Origin: Leptonemataceae bacterium
GTDB taxonomy: Bacteria; Spirochaetota; Leptospiria; Leptospirales; Leptonemataceae
Assembly: GCA_965227295.1 (NCBI GenBank)
Contig: OZ245742.1
Location: forward strand, 2,688,001 to 2,752,000
Length of the DNA: 64,000 nt
Direction: 5' to 3'
This document shows positions 57,423-64,000 of the stretch, piece after piece. Below the pieces are notes generated by a model. The model had not been told where the DNA came from. It was given only the letters and a program-made list of their open reading frames with translations, and did not search any database. The first letter of the stretch is position 1. Each line of letters starts with the position of its first letter. The position numbers were made by a program, and so were the translations under genes.

Positions 57423-59102
57423 TCAGTCCCGGTATTCCACGTTCACCGGAAACTCCGCGGCGGCAATTTCAGCCACGTAACAGGCCTTGCGAACGTTCGG
57501 AGCCGGATCACCGAAGCGGGCGTTCGTGCACGCCACACGTCGGCCGCGCGAAGTTTTATGAAAGGCGAAGTTTTTGTTAGATTCTCCTGAACCGTACTTA
57601 AAGAGCGCGGTCTTTGCTTTCACGGCGCAGTTGCCGCCTTCGTCGGCGCACTTCAGCCAATCGAGGGGTTTCGTTTCGCAGCCGCCGTTCGGACAACGCA
57701 CTCGTTCGCCGCCGGAGACCAGCTGTATCGGTCGGCCCGGCCCGTCGCGAAAGAGCACCTGGAAAGACGGTTCGCCTGGAATCGCGCACAGCCCGTCCGC
57801 GTCGCAACGTTCCCAGGTCAGCTCCGTCGGTGCCGTGTCTTTTTTCTCGACGCGCACGCTGTAATAGTAACGCTGCGAACCCTCGAAGTGCTCGGGCATG
57901 GCGGCGACGATGAGATAGAGCTGCCGATCGCGTTTCGTCGCGCGCACGCTTACAAGGCCGTCGCGATGATTGCGCAACGGCACATCCGTATAACGATCTT
58001 TGCCGGGGGTCGATTTCAACACGCGGGCGCGAAAGATCGCGGGGGTTTCGTCGTCGCCCTGATCGTCGCCGTCGATGTGAAACGTATAGATTGCATCGCT
58101 CTTGTTGTTGATGCGAATGACGTTGTAGCCCCAGCCCCGCGGCGCGTGATTGCGATCGGGGCGAATGTTGCCGGCGTTCGTGCCGCGATCCTCCAGGACC
58201 GCGACGTACTGCTGGCGGTCGTTCGGATAGTTGCGCATCTCACGCGCGTACTCGCCCTTCGCAATCGAGCGCTGCTCCGGTGTAAGAAAGGCGAGATCCA
58301 GGGTCACCTCCGATGCGAAGTCCAGCCAGTGCTCGCGCAGTTTGTTTGCGCCCAGCTTTGTGTAGAGATAGTGCTGCGGCGATGTGGTGATGCCGGCGTA
58401 AGAACTGTTGCCGACCACGAAGCGCGGTACGCCCTTGTGTTCGGTCAAGTAGAACAAGAACATGTTCATGGAATACTGGTGCATGCCGCGGCCCCAGTTT
58501 TTGACCTCGGCGTTAAAGAATTCGGAGTGCCACATTTGCAATTGCGGATGATTCACGAACGAGTACGCGCCGGGAAAATTCCAGGGGTGCCCCGGATAAC
58601 GCACCGCCGCGTTCCAGGAAGCCGCCGCCTCAATGAACCAACCCGTGTCGCCGCCGTAGGGCAGCCGGCCGCTGTACTGGAAGATGTGAAAGCCCTCGTG
58701 ACTGAGGTTGATTTTGTCCGTGTGGGCGCCGTAGGGCAGCGTCATGAACGGGTTCTTGAATTTATCCGTGCCCACGCCGTTGCCCCAGCCGTCCGGAAAT
58801 ACGTCCTCGCGCGGATGGTGGATGTAGATGTTCACATAGTTGCCGCGGCCGACGTTGGGCGGGTCCTGCATTTTGTAATCGTTCAACGCCTGGGTGCGGA
58901 CCGCGTTCAGTTCTTTCAAGGCTGCGCGAGCGTCGTCGCGATGATCGTACTTGCGGTCCCACCAGGCGATGAACACGCCGTCGATGAGATGTTCGCAGCG
59001 CCGCGTATCGCAGAACTCGGTCTTGATCGTGAGTTGCCGCTCTGAAAAGCCGGGGCTGTACACGAGGAAAAGAAAAGAGAACAGGATGATCAGCTTGCGC
59101 AT
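57423..59102 (-). CDS. Secreted gluzincin-type metallopeptidase-like protein (DUF6055-like) with Cys-rich C-terminal modules
   Basis: Signal peptide; HEGFH...WFIEA; C-terminal W..CADEGG.C...C.N..FGDPAP...KAC. Confidence 0.75.
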   Translation of the reverse strand: MRKLIILFSFLFLVYSPGFSERQLTIKTEFCDTRRCEHLIDGVFIAWWDRKYDHRDDARAALKELNAVRTQALNDYKMQDPPNVGRGNYVNIYIHHPREDVFPDGWGNGVGTDKFKNPFMTLPYGAHTDKINLSHEGFHIFQYSGRLPYGGDTGWFIEAAASWNAAVRYPGHPWNFPGAYSFVNHPQLQMWHSEFFNAEVKNWGRGMHQYSMNMFLFYLTEHKGVPRFVVGNSSYAGITTSPQHYLYTKLGANKLREHWLDFASEVTLDLAFLTPEQRSIAKGEYAREMRNYPNDRQQYVAVLEDRGTNAGNIRPDRNHAPRGWGYNVIRINNKSDAIYTFHIDGDDQGDDETPAIFRARVLKSTPGKDRYTDVPLRNHRDGLVSVRATKRDRQLYLIVAAMPEHFEGSQRYYYSVRVEKKDTAPTELTWERCDADGLCAIPGEPSFQVLFRDGPGRPIQLVSGGERVRCPNGGCETKPLDWLKCADEGGNCAVKAKTALFKYGSGESNKNFAFHKTSRGRRVACTNARFGDPAPNVRKACYVAEIAAAEFPVNVEYRD

Positions 59103-59212
59103 GTCGAACTCCAGGATGTGCGGACGATGTTGAGTTGGACGAAACAGCGGCGCAAAAGTCATCCCGTTTTTGCGCTTTTCAAGAGATACGTTTGCATGGT
59201 CGTCGTGCGTGT

Positions 59213-59827
59213 TCATAGAGATTTTTGCGGCAACCGCGTCGCAAACAGAAACCACAGCGAAACGATCAACCAGCACGCAAGCGTCAGCTCCGCGCCGAGG
59301 GAATCCGGATAACCCGCGAGAAAGGCGGCGCCGGACGCGCCCACGCCGACGCCGAGAAACACGGTGCCGTGCCGCAACTTACGCGCGGCCAGGCCGATCA
59401 GTAAGATTGCCACGCCGAACATTAGCGCGATCATATGCATGCCGCCGTAGAACAGCGCGAGCGTGAGCGCGGCGTTGTCCGCTGTGTTCGCCGTGATTCC
59501 TGAGACCGGATACACCAATCGTCCCTGCACCACGCACGCCATGAGCATGAGCGGCACCGCCGCGGCGAAGATGCCGCAGCCACTGATCGTGAGCGACGGC
59601 GTCTCATGATACAAAGCGCGAAAGATTCCCGCAATGCCCGGAATCAAGAGCACGGCTCCGATGCCGAGTGCCTCGTTGCTCAGTGCGAGTGCGAGATAGT
59701 GTGATTCGACCCACGCAAACATTGCGCCGGGTTCCGTGGGGATGGGCGCGCTGAGGTACTCCAGCACGGCGCGCCCGCCTAAAAGCAGGGAGGCGAGGAT
59801 GAGCGTGATGCGGTCGGGAGTGTTCAT
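59213..59827 (-). CDS. Multi-TM hypothetical protein (DUF4386-like)
   Basis: About 6 TM segments; GRLVYP motif. Confidence 0.65.
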   Translation of the reverse strand: MNTPDRITLILASLLLGGRAVLEYLSAPIPTEPGAMFAWVESHYLALALSNEALGIGAVLLIPGIAGIFRALYHETPSLTISGCGIFAAAVPLMLMACVVQGRLVYPVSGITANTADNAALTLALFYGGMHMIALMFGVAILLIGLAARKLRHGTVFLGVGVGASGAAFLAGYPDSLGAELTLACWLIVSLWFLFATRLPQKSL

Positions 59828-60027
59828 GATTGCGCGGAATCGTGGATCAGGCTGCTCGTGCTCAGAATCATGGAACGCGAACGGAATCTGCAACACCTTC
59901 TCGAAAAAAATTGCGGGCATTGCCGGTCGTCGACACCGCACCCGCGTGCAATTTCCCGTCGCTCCGGTGCCGCCGCCGGGAAACTCGCGCCTTTGCGAAT
60001 CGCAGAAGCATCCTGTAGCATCGGCGC

Positions 60028-60888
60028 ATGACCATCACACTTCATCGTCCGCAAGCTTCTTCCACATCGCTCACACCCGCTGCATCGATCGCGCCCAATC
60101 ATTTCGACGCATCTCCCTGGCGGGACTTCTTAACATACTATCAGAGCAACCTTGACGACCGTCACTATCGCGCGTCCCTGGCGCGGCTCGATCACGAACC
60201 GCCGTCTCGTTCGCTGGACGCATTGCAGCGCCGGCAATTGCTGCGGAGCCTGGCCGTTTTTCAGCTCGGCGAGTCCGGTGAAGGGCGCATTGCCCACGAG
60301 ATCGACGGCGTGAGGTACCGCGGTATGGACGATACGTATCGCCGGTGCCTGAAGTACTTCGTCGCCGAAGAAGGTCGCCACGGCGCCGTGCTCGGCCGCC
60401 TCATCCGCCGGATGCACGGGCCGCTCTTGTCGCGCAACTGGACCGCGGTGCTGTTTACGGCGGCACGGCGATTGATGGGCGTGCGCTTTAAGCTGCTGGT
60501 GCTGTTCGCGGCGGAGGTCGTCAGCATGGTGCCCTACGCGATGCTCGCGCGGCGCGCCGGCCGCGGCCCGGTGCGTACGATCTTGCGCGCGATTGCCCGG
60601 GAAGAACGCGCGCATCTTAAGTTTCACGCGGCTTTCTTTAAGAAAAATGCGCGCGGTCGCGCAGCACGGATGATGACGGCGGCGGTGTTCGCGGCGGTCT
60701 GTGTTGCGGCCTGCGGCGTGGTCTTAATTGATCACCGGCGTACGTTTGCAGTACTGCGCATTCCGCTGCGCCGCGTAACGGGCCTGTATGCGGTAACGAT
60801 TCGCCGCGCGCTGCGGCTGTTGCTCGCAGCGGAGGGGGGACTCAGTAGTCTGCGGCCTGCGGTAACTTTCCGGCGGCCGGCGGCGTAG
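60028..60888 (+). CDS. Ferritin-like diiron-fold protein
   Basis: FQLGESGEG, EEGRH, AEVV...Y and EERAH. Its 3' end overlaps ccmE convergently. Confidence 0.82.
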   Translation: MTITLHRPQASSTSLTPAASIAPNHFDASPWRDFLTYYQSNLDDRHYRASLARLDHEPPSRSLDALQRRQLLRSLAVFQLGESGEGRIAHEIDGVRYRGMDDTYRRCLKYFVAEEGRHGAVLGRLIRRMHGPLLSRNWTAVLFTAARRLMGVRFKLLVLFAAEVVSMVPYAMLARRAGRGPVRTILRAIAREERAHLKFHAAFFKKNARGRAARMMTAAVFAAVCVAACGVVLIDHRRTFAVLRIPLRRVTGLYAVTIRRALRLLLAAEGGLSSLRPAVTFRRPAA

Positions 60889-61285
60889 CGCCGTGTTTCT
60901 CGGCGTACTCGGCGTCGTACTTCGAAGCGCACTTGGCTTCGACCTTCGTGGCGATGAGCTTGCCTTCTTTTAAGTGGCCGTCCACGCGGACGGGGGCGCT
61001 GTCGGTGAAGGTGTCGGGGAGCTGGGTTTCGCCCGTGAAGTGGACCGGCAGTTCGCGCCCGTCCTGTTCCACGATGAACTCGGCCTCGTCGCCGTAACGC
61101 AGGACCGACCCGGGTTTCACGAAACCGCGGACCCGCAGTTCGTCGGCGGTGTACTTTCGCGGATTGTCGACCACGGCGGTGGTATCGACGATGACGATGG
61201 AGTCGGCCGAGCTGCCGGTGCCGAAGGCGAGCAGTCCGAGCGAACCGAGGATTACGAGGGCAATGATGAAAAAGCGGGCTTTCAT
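60842..61285 (-). CDS. ccmE: Cytochrome c maturation heme chaperone CcmE (CxxxY variant)
   Basis: N-terminal TM, RVRGFVKPGSV, LPDTF and AKCASKY. Confidence 0.88.
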   Translation of the reverse strand: MKARFFIIALVILGSLGLLAFGTGSSADSIVIVDTTAVVDNPRKYTADELRVRGFVKPGSVLRYGDEAEFIVEQDGRELPVHFTGETQLPDTFTDSAPVRVDGHLKEGKLIATKVEAKCASKYDAEYAEKHGATPPAAGKLPQAADY

Positions 61286-61402
61286 GTAGAACGTCTCCGG
61301 CGCGGGCGGTATGATGTTGGACGCGCGGTGCAAGATCAGGGTTTCGCGAATTGCGAGGCGCGCAAGTAGAAAATCAGCGCGCGCCCGGCGGCGTCTCATC
61401 TT

Positions 61403-61639
61403 TCAATCGCGCTCCGCGAGCAGCAGAATGGAGCGCACCGGTTCCACGAGTTCGTTGCCGAGGACAGCGACGCGCTCCAGGACACCGCGTGCCACGGGCC
61501 AGTTGATATCCTGCAACCATTCGAGTAACTCCGGCAGAACGGCGATGACCCCGGCATCGCCGACGGTGTGCAGTCGTTCTATAGATGCAAGATCGGATTT
61601 GTGTGCGGGGACAATGATCAACGCTTTGCGTCCTTTCAT
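61403..61639 (-). CDS. DUF5071-like protein, short or truncated
   Basis: P..K.D and LPELLEWLQDINWPVA; only 78 aa. Confidence 0.65.
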   Translation of the reverse strand: MKGRKALIIVPAHKSDLASIERLHTVGDAGVIAVLPELLEWLQDINWPVARGVLERVAVLGNELVEPVRSILLLAERD

Positions 61640-61724
61640 TCCAGATACCTCCGCTCACGATCCGCTCCCGAACTGCGGCGCGTTTGCTGTTGACTTCTGA
61701 TCCATCGCACTTGCTCTTGTTATC

Positions 61725-63563
61725 ATGTCCGAACTATCGCGCAAAGATTTTTTGAAGAACGCGGGGAAGGTTGCCGGTGGTGTCATCGGTGCCGGAGCGG
61801 CCGCGGGCTTCGGTTATCCGTTGCTGTTTACCGGTCGTTATCAACAGCAATTCCCTGAGTTGACGGAAAACCAGGTGAACCTCGATCCGAACGGACAGAG
61901 CGTGTTAATTCTCGGCGGCGGCCTCGCGGGACTACAGGCCGGCTGCGAACTGGCCGATCGCGGATTCAAAGTCACCATCCTGGAAAAGAGCGGCGTGCCC
62001 GGCGGCAAGCTGCGCGCCTGGAAGGACCACCAGTTTGCGAAGAAGTACTTCCCCGACGGCTATACGCGCGAACACGGCATGCACGGCATCTGGGGTTTTT
62101 ACAAAAACCTGCGCGAGTTCATGGGCCGGCACAACGTACCCATCAATCGCATGGCTGACGAGCATTCATTCTACACGTTCATCAATCGCGAAGGCCAGTA
62201 CGACATCTTCAACAAGATCCACACCGCCACCTGGCGCCATCCCTTCGATCGCATTCAAATGATGTTAATGCCCGGGCCGCACATCCCGTCGGCCTTCAAT
62301 CCCACGGAGCCGCTGGATACCATGACCTGGGGCAACCTCCGCACCATGATGAAGCTCTGGGGCTTCGACTGGTACAATGATCGCGAGCGGCTTTACCTGG
62401 ATTCCATGAGCTTTCACGAGTGGGCCGTGCGCGGCGGCATGCAGCGCGCTTACATCAAGCACTACTTCGACGCCGTCGCCGAGATGGGTTACTTCATGAC
62501 CGCGAAGGAAGTGAGCGCGCTGGCCATCGCCAACTTCATCAAACTGCCCAGTGTGCCCCGGGACGCCCGCGTGGATTACTTCCGCTGGCCGCCGGACGAA
62601 ACCTTCCTCGTGCCCATGGTCAAACACATCGAAAGCAAGGGCGGCCAGGTCGTCTACATGAGCGAGGCCACCGGCCTTAAAATGGAAAACGGACGCGTCG
62701 CCGGAGTGTATACGAACCAGGGCCTGCCGAAAAACAAAAAGGTGCGGCGTTGTCGCGCGTGCGGCGGCATCATCGAGGGCGATCATCATCACGACCACTG
62801 CCCGTACTGCGGCGCGCACCATGAGATGCTGGAAGTCCTGGACGGCAAGGGCAAGACTCCCGGCTTTTACAGCGCCGATCACGTCGTCGTCGCCATGGAC
62901 GTTCCCGGCGCGCGAAACTTCGTGGCGAACACGCCGTTAAAAGAAACGGACTACTTTCGAAAGATCATGCGACTCAGTACGGCGACGATCCTGTGCGTGA
63001 ACTTACTCTACGAAAACACCGACGCCTGGGAGAACCGCTTTCCGGATCGCAGCAACATGAACGCCATCGATTTTTTTCCCACGGGCATGAAGGTCCTCGG
63101 CTGGACGAACAACTGGTCCTCCATGCAGATCCCGCACTTGCGCGAGAAGCGCGTGGATTTGATCGAGGTCCAGGTCGCCAACTGGCAGCAGTTTGCCGGC
63201 TCGTCCTGGCGCGACATCGCGGAGGCCGTGCACAAGGAACTGAAAACCATCGTCACCAAATTGCCGGAGCCCTCGGATTTTTACGTAAACCGCTGGGACA
63301 ACTACACCGGCTGGCGGCCCGGCGATGAACTGAATCGCCCGGGCGTGCAGTCGCCGGTGGAAAACCTCATGTTCATCGGCGACTGGGTCTTCGTGCCGCA
63401 GCAGTCGGTGTTCATGGAACGCACGAACGTCGCGGCGAAGATGCTCACGAACCTGTTGCTGGACAAGATCGGCCAGAGCCGGGGCAAAATCAAAATCCTG
63501 AAGAGCGGCACGCCGGACTGGCCGGTGGATCTCCTGACTAAGTTCACGAGTGTGAAAGTTTAG
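61725..63563 (+). CDS. FAD-dependent oxidoreductase (amine oxidase/carotenoid-desaturase superfamily) with Tat-like signal and rubredoxin-like insert
   Basis: SRKDFLK + TM; ILGGGLAGL..LEK...GGK; EHGMH; CRAC...CPYC insert; NLMFIGDWV...MER. Confidence 0.87.
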   Translation: MSELSRKDFLKNAGKVAGGVIGAGAAAGFGYPLLFTGRYQQQFPELTENQVNLDPNGQSVLILGGGLAGLQAGCELADRGFKVTILEKSGVPGGKLRAWKDHQFAKKYFPDGYTREHGMHGIWGFYKNLREFMGRHNVPINRMADEHSFYTFINREGQYDIFNKIHTATWRHPFDRIQMMLMPGPHIPSAFNPTEPLDTMTWGNLRTMMKLWGFDWYNDRERLYLDSMSFHEWAVRGGMQRAYIKHYFDAVAEMGYFMTAKEVSALAIANFIKLPSVPRDARVDYFRWPPDETFLVPMVKHIESKGGQVVYMSEATGLKMENGRVAGVYTNQGLPKNKKVRRCRACGGIIEGDHHHDHCPYCGAHHEMLEVLDGKGKTPGFYSADHVVVAMDVPGARNFVANTPLKETDYFRKIMRLSTATILCVNLLYENTDAWENRFPDRSNMNAIDFFPTGMKVLGWTNNWSSMQIPHLREKRVDLIEVQVANWQQFAGSSWRDIAEAVHKELKTIVTKLPEPSDFYVNRWDNYTGWRPGDELNRPGVQSPVENLMFIGDWVFVPQQSVFMERTNVAAKMLTNLLLDKIGQSRGKIKILKSGTPDWPVDLLTKFTSVKV

Positions 63564-63574
63564 AAAAAGATATG

Positions 63575-63719
63575 ACTCCGAGGACCGAGCAATCGAGGAA
63601 CAAAACGGAGCAGTGGCGGTAGCAGGCCGGCCGGCGGGATATGATCGCACTCATACCTGGAAAGACCATGCGCAAAATCTACTCTTGCTTCTCCCCCTCG
63701 TCCCCTCGGTCCTCGGAGT
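63575..63719. repeat. REP/MITE-like element, 97-bp spacer (family copy 4)
   Basis: ACTCCGAGGACCGAGCAATCGAGG ... CCTCGTCCCCTCGGTCCTCGGAGT. Confidence 0.87.
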
Positions 63720-63741
63720 AAAAAAAAATCAGAACCACATC

Positions 63742-64000
63742 ATGCAAGATCTCAGCAACGTATATCTCCTCATCACGAAAACCATCGACGGCACGGCCTT
63801 TTTCGTGCAGCTCCTGGTGGCCGCCGCCGTCTATTACCTGGAGTCTTCCGATCGTTTTCACCTGGCATACTCCAAATTTCGCAAGGGCGGCGGTCTGCCC
63901 ACGCGCATCGGCATGCTGATCATCTACGGCCTGCCGTTGCTTACGGCCGTGGTTTGCTACAACGCCATGTTCCGACCGGACAGCGTGTATCACATCGTGC
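63742..64000 (+). CDS. Membrane protein, 5' part; possibly steroid 5-alpha-reductase/enoyl-reductase family
   Basis: Open frame to the window end: MQDLSNVY...HLAYSKFRKGGGLPTRIGMLIIYGLP. Confidence 0.55.
   Translation, partial: MQDLSNVYLLITKTIDGTAFFVQLLVAAAVYYLESSDRFHLAYSKFRKGGGLPTRIGMLIIYGLPLLTAVVCYNAMFRPDSVYHIV

Noticed and set aside
1..64000. tRNA/rRNA genes, riboswitches before metX or the trans-sulfuration gene, transposases, prophage genes
   Set aside because: None recognised by eye. The leader before metX is short and no SAM-I core was seen; cmscan would be needed to exclude them formally.

Overview
High-GC bacterial chromosomal window, most likely from a Leptospirales/Leptospiraceae spirochete. 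The assignment rests on a LipL45-like FecR lipoprotein, a metX-metW pair, an Mpl36-like RlpA and many PP2C/STAS signalling genes. About 60 CDS were found, and no rRNA, tRNA, CRISPR array, integrase or transposase was seen. The first ~21 kb is core-like: radA, S41 protease, a partner-switching module, tsaD, pssA, ECF sigma-FecR-LipL45, bfd-exbB-exbD and metXW. The rest is a patchwork of metabolic and signalling genes, including an Mcd-like acyl-CoA dehydrogenase, hemH, a trans-sulfuration enzyme, a YeeE/YedE pair, a CNG-type channel, an lva/ACAD10-like cluster, an ECF41 locus with its promoter, a 1828-aa kinase-ATPase-GAF-cyclase and a rubredoxin-containing flavoprotein. The most unusual feature is a non-coding tandem array of ~3 diverged ~326-bp units (38274-39235). 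Its substitutions preserve plus-strand hairpins, including a cUUCGg loop, and each unit carries a weak dif-like site. The array exactly fills the gap between two convergent signalling genes that both appear to lack their output domains. Also notable are a dispersed family of 24-bp inverted-repeat elements (4 loci), two pseudogenes condensed by internal deletions, and a lower-GC two-gene DUF4365-like island. All family assignments come from motif recognition by eye; no database searches were run.
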